Shown here one piece after another: positions 48,377-59,132 of a DNA stretch of 64,000 bases (within the stretch, counting starts at the first letter, position 1; every line of letters starts with the position of its first letter). Position numbers and translations under genes: made by a program. Under the pieces are notes generated by a model. It worked only from the letters and a program-made list of their open reading frames with translations, had not been told where the DNA came from and searched no databases. The stretch is from the NCBI GenBank assembly GCA_965248535.1, contig CBDFJR010000005.1:1856001-1920000 (forward strand), in the 5' to 3' direction. This DNA is from Phormidesmis sp. (GTDB taxonomy: Bacteria; Cyanobacteriota; Cyanobacteriia; Leptolyngbyales; Leptolyngbyaceae).

Positions 48377-48953
48377 TTGCATAGCCTCAGCGATCGGGAG
48401 CCTGTTGTGGATTTTTAATGAGAGTCGGGGGGAATGCGATCATCACTCAACACCCCCTAGAGTTGGCATGAAGAACGACCGACCACGCTCCTCAAGAGGC
48501 TGCTGAGAGGTCACCCCATCGTTCAAGCCCAAAGCCTTATTCTGGTTAAAGAGAATTAAAGAGAGCCTCCGGGAATATGAAGTTGCTGTGAAAAGGCGGG
48601 ATTACTCTAGTATTCCTACGGAGGATGAAATAATATCGTGCACATACTGCGCCAATGCCCCTCCTGCCAGAGCAGTATTCTCACTGACGGACTACCCAAG
48701 CCCTGCCAAAGTCCTGCCTACATTCTCCAAGTATCTACATAGAAGTTTAGGATTTCTCTCTGTCGGTGGTGATCAGCAGACCTGACTGTTTCCGAAATTC
48801 TTTCTAACAGTCATGATTTCAGAACTAAGCGTCACCTCTATGATTTTCACCAAACCTGAGAGTCCGATTTGTTCCCCTGAGACTTGTAGGTTGATCATTG
48901 GCTCACGCTTTTAGCTCAAACAGTTAACGCTCTCGCTTTCTAGGAAAAAACTC

Positions 48954-49748
48954 ATGTCACAAGCAACTTCCCACTCTCGGTATGTTATTGGTCTTCCCGT
49001 TACCGCTCTGCCGTTTGAGTCACAGATGACGCTGATCCTAGAGTGGGCGAAGCTTCGTCTGAGCAAGGCTGTTTGTATTGCAAATGTTCACATGCTGGTA
49101 GAAGCCTACCGGGATGCTAATTTTGCGTCCGTGTTGCAAGGTGCTGATCTGGTCACTCCTGATGGAATGCCGTTGGTGTGGATGCTGAAGCTATTAGGGT
49201 CGCCCAAGCAAGACCGAGTAGCGGGCTTAGATGTGCTGCAAGCTCTCTACGATCGCGCCACTCAAGCAGGAGTTCAGGTGTTTTTTCTAGGATCGCAGGC
49301 GATGATTCTCGATCGGATGCGTGAGCGATTAAGCCAAGAGTTTCCAGACTTGCAAATCGCTGGCATGGAGCCGCTGCCGTTTCGTCCCATGACCCAGGCA
49401 GAAGATGAAGCGCTGGTGCAAATGCTCAACCAGAGCGGCGCAGGGATTATTTTTGTGTCGCTGGGCTGCCCCAAACAGGAGCTATGGATGGCAAAGCACA
49501 AGCATCGCGTCAATGCCGTGATGATTGGCGTAGGTGGGGCATTTCCGGTCTATGCCGGAATTCACAAACGTGCCCCCAAGCTGGTGCGATCGGCGGGTTT
49601 TGAGTGGCTCTATCGACTATTACAAGAACCAAAACGCCTGTGGGGACGCTATAGCAGCACTATTCCTATCTTTGTTTGGCTTGCCTGTAAGCAGTTGTTG
49701 CTCGATCAGCGTAAGGGATTGATAGAAGACTATAGCGACTCAGTTTAA
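48954..49748 (+). CDS. WecB/TagA/CpsF (WecG, GT26) glycosyltransferase
   Basis: TPDGMP, RVAGLD, VSLGCPKQE, RAP, EWLYRL.QEPKRL..RY. Confidence 0.95.
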   Translation: MSQATSHSRYVIGLPVTALPFESQMTLILEWAKLRLSKAVCIANVHMLVEAYRDANFASVLQGADLVTPDGMPLVWMLKLLGSPKQDRVAGLDVLQALYDRATQAGVQVFFLGSQAMILDRMRERLSQEFPDLQIAGMEPLPFRPMTQAEDEALVQMLNQSGAGIIFVSLGCPKQELWMAKHKHRVNAVMIGVGGAFPVYAGIHKRAPKLVRSAGFEWLYRLLQEPKRLWGRYSSTIPIFVWLACKQLLLDQRKGLIEDYSDSV

Positions 49749-50086
49749 TTTTTGTAAAGACCTAGCCAAACGGACAACAGAAATAAGATAGCTCGTACCT
49801 GAGTTTTGACTGAAGTAAGGGGGTAACGTGCGCGGCATCATCCGCCAAGTTGCTCCCTTGCGGCTTGATCCTGACAACCCTTGGAAATTACAGTCACCTT
49901 GCGATAATCAGCGCTACACCCAAAGTCTAGAATCTTTAAATAGTAAAGTTGTGCGACGGTCGTGTGCATCCAGACTAAAATGGCATTTCGAGGTGCAAAA
50001 GGGCTAGTTCAACGCTTTACTCAACTTATAGAGTCAGACTTCTAGCCACCAGATCCGTCAGCAACCATGCCGAGAGTGAGTCTAGT

Positions 50087-52354
50087 ATGGAGAACGAAGA
50101 ACTTCAACAGTCAGCGACCCATGCCCCCCGGCGATCGTGGTTGCCCCAAGCTAACTTTGCTCAACTCACTAAGGACGACGAGGGCGGGCTAAACCTGGGC
50201 CAGGTCGTCGCGACTCTGCGCCGAAAGGTGCTGATCATTGCGGGAGTGACCACGGTTGTTGCGTCGGGCGCTCTGCTCAAAGCGCTGAACAGCAAGCCGA
50301 CCTATCAGGCAAGCTTTGAGATTTTGACTAAGCCAATCACCGTCGAAACGCAGGTGATTTCCTCCGTTCCTCAGACCCTCAGCAATAAAGAGGGACAGCA
50401 AGGGGCAGAAAAAGGCGTTGATCCCACCAAGCTAAAAGTGTTGAAGAGCGCGACGATTTTGGCTCCGATCGCTAAGAAACTAGAGCCTGCCTACCCTGGC
50501 ATCAGTTATGACGAAATCGCTGCTGGGCTGGTGGTTACGCCTCTACCCAGCAGCGAGGTGCTCGCAGTGGGCTATCAAGATAAAAACCCCAAAAAGGTTA
50601 AGGCAATCCTCGACCAAGTTGCCGATGCCTATCTGAAGTACAGCCTAGAAGAACGGTTAGCAGATGTGCGGCAAGGAATTGACTTTGTAGATGCTCAACT
50701 GCCGCAGTTGCAAAAGCGAGTTGAAGTGATCCAAGACGAGCTACAGAGTTTTCGTCAACGATATAACCTGATCGATCCAGATACTCAAGGAAAACAACTA
50801 GCAGATCAAACCACAAGAATTGGACAACAGCGATTTGAAGCGCAAGCCAAGCTCAACGAAGTGCAGGTAACCTACCAAAACTTGAGCCGACAGTTAGCAC
50901 AACAAACGAATGCCAGAGGCTCATCTGCATTGAGTGAGAATGCACTCTATCAGAAGCTATTAAGTCAGCTTCTAGAAGTTGAAACGCAGACCGCAAAAGA
51001 CTCATCTCTCTACCAGGACAGCAGCCCCAACATTCAGGTGCTCAGAGATCAGCAAAAAAATCTGATGCCCCTGCTACAGCGCGAAGCACAACGAGTGCAG
51101 GCAGAGCTTGCTGACAAAATTCAAGAACTAGAAGCGCGAAACCAATTTTTGGCTCGCACCGCTACTGACTTAGATCGAGACATTAAACAACTGTCTCTAG
51201 TCGCTCGTCGCTATACCGACATTCAACGAGAGCTAAAAATTGCGACAAACAACTTAGATCAGTTCTTAACTAAGCGAGAAGCTCTGAGAATTGATGCCGG
51301 ACAGCGGAAAACTCCCTGGCAGATTCTAACTCCACCGACTGATCCTTCTCCATCGTCGGCAGATGTCAAGCGCAGTGCTTTGTTAGGAAGCGTCCTGGGT
51401 TTGTTAATGGGAGTAGGCGTTGCACTACTGTTAGACAAGGTGAGCAATGTTCTCTACTCTGCTGAAGAGATCAAGGCATTAAGTAAACTGCCAATTTTAG
51501 GCGTGATTCCCTACAACACTGACCTAGAGGAAACGGAACATTCGTTGGTGTCGATCGACCAAATTACGGCCTTGACTGACATCTCTGGGCTAGTCCATCA
51601 GATGCGTCAACGTTTTGGGTTGAACAATGGCAACAGCACTTCCTACCAGCATGGAACCTCAATCTTTCTAGAAGCCTTTCGATCGCTCTATACCAACATT
51701 CTGCTGATGAGTCCCGATGATCGGATTCGGTCGATCGTCATCAGTTCATCCATTCCTGGTGAAGGTAAATCAACGATCGCAATTTATCTCGCCCAGGCCG
51801 CAGCAGCCCTGGGTCAAAAAGTGCTGTTGGTGGATGCCGACCTGCGGCTGCCTCAACTGCATCAGCGCTTAGAGATGGACAACAGCTTTGGGCTAAGTAC
51901 GATGATTGCTGAAGACCTAGACTTTGAGCGAGTGGTGCAAAAGTCCTTTTTAGACAACAATCTGTCGATCTTGACCGCCGGGCAGGTTCCCCCCGATCCC
52001 ACTCGATTGCTGTCTTCTAAGAAAATGCAGACCTTGATGGAGCGGTTTAAGGAAGCCTACGACCTGGTGATCTATGATATGCCGCCGATCGCCGGGTTAG
52101 CAGATGCCAAACTGCTGGCTCCTAGAGTGGATGGGGTCGTGATGGTCGCGGGACTCAACAAAACAAAAGCTTCTGTGTTGACGCAGACCCTCGAAGGGCT
52201 GAAGCTCTCGGCAGTTCCCGTGCTGGGGATCATCGCCAACGGCTCAAAAGACCAAGACTCTAAGCGAGATGCCTATCATCGGTATTATTATGCAAATGGA
52301 AACAAACCTGCTCAAGCCATGATTGGGGGCAAGACAAAACTGCCAAAGACCTGA
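50087..52354 (+). CDS. wzc: Polysaccharide co-polymerase / tyrosine autokinase
   Basis: Two TMs flanking a coiled coil, EAFRSLYTN, PGEGKST, LLVDADLR, YDMPP, C-terminal YHRYYY. Confidence 0.93.
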   Translation: MENEELQQSATHAPRRSWLPQANFAQLTKDDEGGLNLGQVVATLRRKVLIIAGVTTVVASGALLKALNSKPTYQASFEILTKPITVETQVISSVPQTLSNKEGQQGAEKGVDPTKLKVLKSATILAPIAKKLEPAYPGISYDEIAAGLVVTPLPSSEVLAVGYQDKNPKKVKAILDQVADAYLKYSLEERLADVRQGIDFVDAQLPQLQKRVEVIQDELQSFRQRYNLIDPDTQGKQLADQTTRIGQQRFEAQAKLNEVQVTYQNLSRQLAQQTNARGSSALSENALYQKLLSQLLEVETQTAKDSSLYQDSSPNIQVLRDQQKNLMPLLQREAQRVQAELADKIQELEARNQFLARTATDLDRDIKQLSLVARRYTDIQRELKIATNNLDQFLTKREALRIDAGQRKTPWQILTPPTDPSPSSADVKRSALLGSVLGLLMGVGVALLLDKVSNVLYSAEEIKALSKLPILGVIPYNTDLEETEHSLVSIDQITALTDISGLVHQMRQRFGLNNGNSTSYQHGTSIFLEAFRSLYTNILLMSPDDRIRSIVISSSIPGEGKSTIAIYLAQAAAALGQKVLLVDADLRLPQLHQRLEMDNSFGLSTMIAEDLDFERVVQKSFLDNNLSILTAGQVPPDPTRLLSSKKMQTLMERFKEAYDLVIYDMPPIAGLADAKLLAPRVDGVVMVAGLNKTKASVLTQTLEGLKLSAVPVLGIIANGSKDQDSKRDAYHRYYYANGNKPAQAMIGGKTKLPKT

Positions 52355-52444
52355 GAGACCGTTGGAGAAGTTCTTAGCTGAAAAGCCTTTTCAGCATTGC
52401 CAACTGGAGACTGTGAGGAAATTAATTGACTGACTGCACCTGTT

Positions 52445-53167
52445 ATGGAAGCCCTGATTATTCTAGTGTCTTTAGGAATTGTCTGGCTGATTAGCCCCAA
52501 ACGTCGGCGGCGCAGATTTCTGACTCCGATCACGCTAACCGTGCTGATCTGTCTGGCGATTACGTCACCTTGGGGGGTGGCGCTGGCAACTCAAGGGTTG
52601 ACCGCAACGCTACCGCCAGACTCAGGAGAGGCTGTGCAGGCAAGCGTTGTGTTGGGGCGGGGGGATGAGTTGCGGCAACGACGGCTCGAAGCGGTCGAAA
52701 AGCTGTGGCGACAGCAGCGATCGCCACAGGTGTTTGCGAGCGGGATGCTAGATGCCGAGTTTATGGTAGAACAACTACAAGCCAGTGGGATTAATCAATC
52801 TGCCTTAAGTGGCGAACGCTGCTCTCAGTCTACTGAAGAAAACGCACTGTTCACGTCCGCCGTGCTGCATCCTCAAAGTGTCCAAAAAATTCTGCTCCTA
52901 ACGGACTCTCCCCATATGCTGAGATCGCTACTAGTTTTTCGGGGCTTGGGTTTTACGGTGATTCCCTACCCGATTCCGCTGCCTGATCAGTGGTCGTCGG
53001 GTCGTCGATCGCTGGTGGTGCTGAGAGAATATCTGGGGCTGCTGACCTACTTCGTCACCGATCGCTTTCGGCAACGCAGCCCCGCAGAACTGCAAACTCC
53101 TCGGTCAGATGTGACCCAAAAGCTGGTGGATTGGAACTGTAAACTGCCAATGGCAAATCGCTCATGA
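52445..53167 (+). CDS. YdcF/DUF218 family protein
   Basis: VVLGRG, FASG, STEENA, LLTDSPHMLRS, REYLG. Confidence 0.88.
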   Translation: MEALIILVSLGIVWLISPKRRRRRFLTPITLTVLICLAITSPWGVALATQGLTATLPPDSGEAVQASVVLGRGDELRQRRLEAVEKLWRQQRSPQVFASGMLDAEFMVEQLQASGINQSALSGERCSQSTEENALFTSAVLHPQSVQKILLLTDSPHMLRSLLVFRGLGFTVIPYPIPLPDQWSSGRRSLVVLREYLGLLTYFVTDRFRQRSPAELQTPRSDVTQKLVDWNCKLPMANRS

Positions 53168-54909
53168 GTGCTGATTTTCTAGATCCTCAAGCGCACTATC
53201 AGCTTGAGCGGGAGCTAGGCCACAATCGGGCGGGCGGACGGGTCACCTACCTGGCGCTCGACCTGCGGACTCAACAACAGGTTGTGATCAAACAATTTCA
53301 GTTTGCCCGCTCAGAGTCAAATTGGGCAGACTACGATTCCTACGATCGTGAGATTCAGCTACTCAAACAACTCAATCATGTTGGGATTCCCAAGTATCTC
53401 GACACGTTTCAAACTCCTGACGGGTTCTGCATGGTGCAGGAGTATAAACCGGCCGCATCGCTGGCGACCGGGCGCAGTCTCACGCCTGAAGAAATCGGCC
53501 GGATCGCGATCGCCGTCCTAGAAATTTTAGTCTATCTACAAAACCGCATCCCGATCATCATTCACCGCGACATCAAACCCGAAAACATTCTCCTAGATGA
53601 GCAAGGACAGGTTTATCTAGTAGATTTTGGCTTTGCCCGCGTCGGTGGAGAAGAAGTTGGCGTGAGCAGCGTGGTCAAGGGAACGCTGGGGTTTATGCCG
53701 CCAGAACAGCTATTCAACCGTCAGCTTACTGAGGCTTCTGACCTCTATGGTCTGGGCATGACGCTGATTTGTCTGCTGACGGGCACCAAGTCCGATCGCA
53801 TCGGGGATGTGGTAGACATCAGCTACCGCGTCAGTTTTAAGCACCTTGTTTCTAAGCTAAATCTTCAGTGGATGAACTGGCTAGAGAAGATGGTGGAGCC
53901 ACGTCATAAGGATCGGTTCCCTAATGCAGTAGTGGCGTTATCTGCGATCCCCATTCTGCCCCTGCGCCCTCCAGAGGCGCAATTTAGCCAGTCTAATCTC
54001 ATCGTGAAGGGAACGCGATCGGACGTGCTCTGCATTCAGTCTGTGGTGATCACCAATCCGATCCCCGATACGCTGCTAGAGGGCAAGTGGGAAGTTGCCT
54101 TCCATCCCCACGACCCCGGCCCAGGGCATCCGTGGATTACGGTAGATCCCGTTTCTTTTGTCAGCAATCGGATCGAGTGCCAGGTTGTGGTTGAAACCCG
54201 CAATCTGATCGCAGGCAAAACCTATCAACGTAAGTTGCTGCTGCATACCAACACGCTAGCCAAGGTCTATCCGCTCAATTTACACATTCAAATGCCGTCA
54301 GTCTCCCGGCAAATCTCGCTGCTGCCGTTGGGTCTGCTGGGTCTGCTGGGGTTTATCTCGCTGGGGGTCAGCAGTCTCATGGCGCGGATTGTGCTAGTTA
54401 TGGGCACCGTTGCCGAAGCAACCGCAATGGCTGGCTTTGGGGCAGTGGTGGGCGCAGCGATCGGGCTACAGCTAGCTGCTTGGAGTCTGCACTCAGCCGG
54501 AATGCGGACGGGGGCAACCGCCAACACCCTGGCCGCGATCTCGATCGGCTTGATTGCCATCACCTGGGTTTTTACGGGCGATCTAGCGCTGGCAGGCTCT
54601 GCCGTGATCCTCGGTGCAGGGGCCGGCGGCATCGGTGGCGCGATCTCAGGGACAGTGGCCGGGGTAATTGTGGAAAATCTGCTCGTCAGAGGCACGCAGA
54701 AATCCTGGGCGATCGCTCTAGCTCTGTTAACCAGCCTATTTGGGAGCGGCTTGGGTTTGGGGCTGGCGATCGGGTTTACCCTCCCTGCGGCGCTGCTAGT
54801 GCTGATCAGTGGCGGTGTTTTGCTCGTTTTGGCAGCCCAATCGGCCCTCCAGCGCACGCAACGGCTCTTGGCGCACCGCAAAGCCGAGCGATACCGAATT
54901 AAACCTTAG
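53164..54909 (+). CDS. Ser/Thr protein kinase with Gly/Ala-rich multi-TM C-terminus
   Basis: VVIK, HRDIKPEN, DFG, GTLGFMPPE, SDLYGLG. Confidence 0.92.
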   Translation: MSADFLDPQAHYQLERELGHNRAGGRVTYLALDLRTQQQVVIKQFQFARSESNWADYDSYDREIQLLKQLNHVGIPKYLDTFQTPDGFCMVQEYKPAASLATGRSLTPEEIGRIAIAVLEILVYLQNRIPIIIHRDIKPENILLDEQGQVYLVDFGFARVGGEEVGVSSVVKGTLGFMPPEQLFNRQLTEASDLYGLGMTLICLLTGTKSDRIGDVVDISYRVSFKHLVSKLNLQWMNWLEKMVEPRHKDRFPNAVVALSAIPILPLRPPEAQFSQSNLIVKGTRSDVLCIQSVVITNPIPDTLLEGKWEVAFHPHDPGPGHPWITVDPVSFVSNRIECQVVVETRNLIAGKTYQRKLLLHTNTLAKVYPLNLHIQMPSVSRQISLLPLGLLGLLGFISLGVSSLMARIVLVMGTVAEATAMAGFGAVVGAAIGLQLAAWSLHSAGMRTGATANTLAAISIGLIAITWVFTGDLALAGSAVILGAGAGGIGGAISGTVAGVIVENLLVRGTQKSWAIALALLTSLFGSGLGLGLAIGFTLPAALLVLISGGVLLVLAAQSALQRTQRLLAHRKAERYRIKP

Positions 54910-55196
54910 GTGAGTTTACCTAGAAAATTTGTCTCAGGCTTGAAGATTCCGTAAAGATCTTAAGGGGAACTTCCGGTAACTTCTGAAATCACGATAGAAC
55001 GGTGTAGAAGAAATGTGACGAACTCTGCCAAAGTGCTTGACATTCGCGATCGCATCTTGTTGGTGAGAATGCAAGCCGAAGCTTTTACCAGCAGAGCATT
55101 CTATGACTTCTGAGAACGGCACAGGTGACGCTTTTCTCAACCTTTAGATCAGGCTAGTTGCCACCAAAAAGGCAGTTTTTCATAAGAGAACGACCC

Positions 55197-56831
55197 ATGA
55201 TGATTGACGCTCGATCGCTGCCGCCCAACGAGATTCTTGAAACACACGTCTGCATTATTGGCACTGGCCCAGCCGGAATTACCCTAGCGCGAGAGTTTGC
55301 AAACCAGAACTTTCAGGTTTGTCTCGTAGAAAGTGGTGGGCTGGACTATGACCCAGAGACGCAAGCTCTGACGGCAGGCACCAGCATTGGCGATCGCTAC
55401 CCTGATTTAACCCAAAGTCGGCGGCGGCAATTTGGAGGCACCTCTCACTGTTGGGGAGCGCCTAATAGCCACAAAGAGTCCGGCTTTCGATGTTTGCCCT
55501 TAGACGACATTGATTTTGAGCAGCGTGATTGGCTGCCCTATAGCGGCTGGCCCTTTGCTAAGTCTGATCTCGATCCCTTTTATGAGCGGGCGCAACGGGT
55601 CTGTCAGATTGGGCCCTATGCTTACAACGCAGAAGATTGGGAAGACGATCGCACAGAACGACTACCGTTTACCAGCGATCGCATCACCACGACCATGAGC
55701 CAATTTGCCTCCCGGACTCCCTTCACCGATGACTATCGCCGCGAGGTTGATCAAGCCACCAACATCACAACGCTGCTTTATGCCAACGTGGTTGAGCTTG
55801 AAACCGATGCCACGACCCAAGCTGTGACTCGCGTTGCCATTGCCTGTCTATCGGGTCAGAAATTTTGGCTAGCCGCCAAGGTGGTGATTTTGGCCACGGG
55901 TGGGCTGGAAAACGCTCGCTTGCTGCTGGCTTCAAATCGTCAACACCCGGCGGGGCTGGGCAACCAGAACGATGTGGTCGGTCGCTATTTTATGGATCGT
56001 CCGATTCTGAGCGCTAGGCTGATTCCCTATGATGCGTCGTTGTTCGATCGCACTGCTCTCCACGACATTCACTGGGTCAACGGCACTCCGGTCATGGCGC
56101 GAGTCAAGTTGACCGAAGACCTGATGCGTCGCGAACACCTGCTTAATAATGGCGCACAGCTATTTCCCCGCCCCCAACCGCGCCAGCGTGAAGCCACGAT
56201 CGCTCTACGATCGCTGCTGACTTCGGTGCGGCAGGGCAAGCCTACTCAAACGATGTTCAATCACCTGACCGTGGCCCTGCGGGGAGCCGACTATCTTGTG
56301 GCCGCAGGCTTGTGGTCTGCGGTGCGACAGTTGCCCTCGCTGCGCCGGGGTGACTGGTCTTATCTGCCCTACGAAAAACGCCGCTTTTCTGAGTTTGAGA
56401 TTTTCTATCAGCTAGAGCAGGCTCCCGATCCCAACAACCGCGTCAAGCTGAGTTTAGAGCGTGATCGGCTCGGTCAACCTCAAACAGAAGTGCATTGGCG
56501 CTTGAACCCGATCGATATTCAAAATGCCCGTCGCGTTCAGGAAATCTGGGCCGAAGAGTTTGCCCAGGCTGGTTTTGGGGAGTTGCAGTTTGCGCGAGAA
56601 GGAGAACCTCTCAAGTTTGAGAAAGAGGCGATGCACCATCATCTGGGCACAACTCGAATGCACTCCGACCCCAAACAGGGGGTAGTAGATGCCAACTCCT
56701 GTGTTCACGGCATCCCTAATCTGTTTGTCGCAGGGTCTTCAGTGTTTCCAACCGCAGGCTACGCCAACCCCACCCTGACGATCATTGCGCTGGCTCTGAG
56801 GCTAGCAGACCACATTAAAACGGTGGTATGA
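55197..56831 (+). CDS. GMC-family FAD oxidoreductase
   Basis: IIGTGPAG, GGTSHCW, VGRYFMD, HHLGTTRM, NPTLTIIAL. Confidence 0.93.
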   Translation: MMIDARSLPPNEILETHVCIIGTGPAGITLAREFANQNFQVCLVESGGLDYDPETQALTAGTSIGDRYPDLTQSRRRQFGGTSHCWGAPNSHKESGFRCLPLDDIDFEQRDWLPYSGWPFAKSDLDPFYERAQRVCQIGPYAYNAEDWEDDRTERLPFTSDRITTTMSQFASRTPFTDDYRREVDQATNITTLLYANVVELETDATTQAVTRVAIACLSGQKFWLAAKVVILATGGLENARLLLASNRQHPAGLGNQNDVVGRYFMDRPILSARLIPYDASLFDRTALHDIHWVNGTPVMARVKLTEDLMRREHLLNNGAQLFPRPQPRQREATIALRSLLTSVRQGKPTQTMFNHLTVALRGADYLVAAGLWSAVRQLPSLRRGDWSYLPYEKRRFSEFEIFYQLEQAPDPNNRVKLSLERDRLGQPQTEVHWRLNPIDIQNARRVQEIWAEEFAQAGFGELQFAREGEPLKFEKEAMHHHLGTTRMHSDPKQGVVDANSCVHGIPNLFVAGSSVFPTAGYANPTLTIIALALRLADHIKTVV

Positions 56832-56878
56832 GCTAGAAGCTAGTCTGAACCGTTACTTGAGAAAGTCTCAGAAACAAG

Positions 56879-57973
56879 ATGAAAATTGGTATTGTCGGAG
56901 CCAGTGGATTTGTAGGCAATCGGGCGATCGAACTGCTCCACGCAGGCGAAACAGAGGTGCGAGCGATCGGGCGCTCTACGGCCAGTTTCGATCGGCTAAC
57001 CCGAAAAGATGTGGACTGCCGGGTAGCCAATGCGTTTAACCAAGCAGAGCTAGAGGCGGCGTTTCGCGGCTGTGATGTGGTTATCCACTCGATTTTGGGC
57101 AGTCCAGGATTGATTCGTGGCAGTATGGCTCCCACCTACCAGGCGGCCCAAAACGCTGGAGTGCGCCGGATTCTCTACCTCAGTTCGATGATTGTGCATC
57201 GGCCGGCCCCGGCTCCTGGCACGACTGAAGCCAGCCCCCCCGTCGAACATCAACCTTACCCCGCCCATCCTGCTAAGATCGCCGCCGAGCGATCGCTGCT
57301 GCAACTGCGACAAAAGGGAGCCGTCGAAGTCGTGATTTTTCGACCGGGGATCGTGTTTGGGCCGCGATCGCGCTGGGTTAGCGACCTAGCAGAGCAGCTA
57401 ACTCAGGGAACGGCTTACCTGATTGGTGCTGGCGACGGAATTTGCAACACCGTCTATATTGACAATCTGATTCACGCAATGCGGCTAGCCATGACCGCTC
57501 CGGGTGCAGATGGGGAGGCCTTTTTTGTCGGCGATCGCGAGTCCGTCACTTGGTTTGATTTCTACCGTCCCTTTGCCGAAGCCTATGGGATCGACCCGGC
57601 TCAAATCCCACAGCTTGCCGCGCCTGAATTTACCCAAAGCTCAAAACAACGGCTAAAGCAATCGTTGTGGAATTCTGAATGGATGCAAAAAACTCTGGCA
57701 CTGCTGTCTGATGACTTTAAGCAAGCCTTAAAACAAACAATTCCAAAGCGAAACAAACCGCCGCAACCTTTACCAGAAGAAGTTGTCAAGCAGCCTGTTG
57801 TCACTCAAATGATGGCCGAACTGCAACAATCTCGATATAAGCTGCCCTTTGCTAAAGCCGAGCACCTTTTGGGATATGAGCCGATCGTCACGTTTGAGGA
57901 AGGCTGTCAGCGATCGCTTCAGTGGTTGATTGAAACCAAGCGACTCCCCGCAGCGAAGCCAGTGACCCCGTAG
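56879..57973 (+). CDS. NAD-dependent epimerase/dehydratase (atypical extended SDR)
   Basis: GASGFVG, LSS, RPGIVFGP; the YxxxK position reads HPAK. Confidence 0.85.
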   Translation: MKIGIVGASGFVGNRAIELLHAGETEVRAIGRSTASFDRLTRKDVDCRVANAFNQAELEAAFRGCDVVIHSILGSPGLIRGSMAPTYQAAQNAGVRRILYLSSMIVHRPAPAPGTTEASPPVEHQPYPAHPAKIAAERSLLQLRQKGAVEVVIFRPGIVFGPRSRWVSDLAEQLTQGTAYLIGAGDGICNTVYIDNLIHAMRLAMTAPGADGEAFFVGDRESVTWFDFYRPFAEAYGIDPAQIPQLAAPEFTQSSKQRLKQSLWNSEWMQKTLALLSDDFKQALKQTIPKRNKPPQPLPEEVVKQPVVTQMMAELQQSRYKLPFAKAEHLLGYEPIVTFEEGCQRSLQWLIETKRLPAAKPVTP

Positions 57974-58236
57974 CTGAGTCGGTTTTTCCGCCATTGCATC
58001 AGCGATTTCAATCACTAAGAAACTACGCCATCAAAACAACTGAACCGCTAGATTTTTAGAACTTTTCAAACATGAAGTAGCTGTCAAGATTATCCTAATT
58101 ACGATCCGTATAATCGACGAGGTTAAGCCAGTGTGATATTGTTTAATCGTGAGTAGAAAATATAGTGGCTGCCGGAATATTTGTCTGCTGTATTAATCAG
58201 AATTTTGCAAATTAACCAACCATCAGGTAGTGAGAT

Positions 58237-59112
58237 ATGGGACAGTTCAATCACTTTTTCCTCACAAAATTCAACGTCAGAAGCTTTCAAGATCTCAGAC
58301 CGGGCTGCGAACCTGCCTGGCTAGAAAGACGGTTTAAGCTGTTTGATCAATATTGTTTCCCGTCGGTTTCTAATCAATCTAATCAGAATTTTCAATGGCT
58401 GATGTTCTTTGATGTAGATACCCCAGAGCCGTTTAAGCAAAAGATTGAAAACTATGCTAAACAGTGGAAGAACTTTGTTCCAATCTATCTAGATTGTCCT
58501 TTACCTTACGGTGAGTTTCCCGATGAAGTGAGAGCGATCGTCCGCGACTATATTCCATCTGATTGCGAATATCTGATCACAACCTGGCTGGATAATGACG
58601 ACGCAATTCACAAAAATTACGTCCAGATGATTCAAGATAATTTCAATCATCAAGACGGCGAGACGCTTAACTTTATCTTTGGCTACCAGTTAGCTGAGGG
58701 CAAACTCTATTTTGACTTTGAAGTCTCTAACCACTTCATCAGCCTGGTTGAGAAATACAACCCTGACTCATTCAATACTTGTTTGTGTCGTCCCCACAAA
58801 GAACTTTACGAAGTCTGCCACTCCGCCAAGAAAATTTTGTGTAAGCCAGCCTGGATCGAAGTGGTGCACGGCTCCAACTACATGAACGTTTACCGTCGAG
58901 GGTTTCGAGTTCCGATCGGAGCCATTCCAGACGATTTTTCCATCCAGGCTGACGCGCCGATCGACCAAGAGCAAACCATCCCCTTCTTGCTAGAACAAGC
59001 CAAGATTTCGCTGTTTTTTCCTTACTATTTCCTCAGAAAAGTTTTCCTTCGCATCAAGCACAATCAGTTAGATGAGTTGGGCATGAGTCGCTTTTCCGTC
59101 AGAAACTATTGA
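58237..59112 (+). CDS. Putative rhamnosyltransferase-type glycosyltransferase
   Basis: FLTKFN, RFKLFDQYCFPSV.NQSNQNF.W, TTWLDNDDA, VVHGSN. Confidence 0.8.
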   Translation: MGQFNHFFLTKFNVRSFQDLRPGCEPAWLERRFKLFDQYCFPSVSNQSNQNFQWLMFFDVDTPEPFKQKIENYAKQWKNFVPIYLDCPLPYGEFPDEVRAIVRDYIPSDCEYLITTWLDNDDAIHKNYVQMIQDNFNHQDGETLNFIFGYQLAEGKLYFDFEVSNHFISLVEKYNPDSFNTCLCRPHKELYEVCHSAKKILCKPAWIEVVHGSNYMNVYRRGFRVPIGAIPDDFSIQADAPIDQEQTIPFLLEQAKISLFFPYYFLRKVFLRIKHNQLDELGMSRFSVRNY

Positions 59113-59132
59113 TCAGCAGAACCTAGATACCC

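Noticed and set aside
54288..54902. Alternative-frame ORFs of 197 and 140 aa
   Set aside because: Shadows of the Gly/Ala-rich kinase tail.
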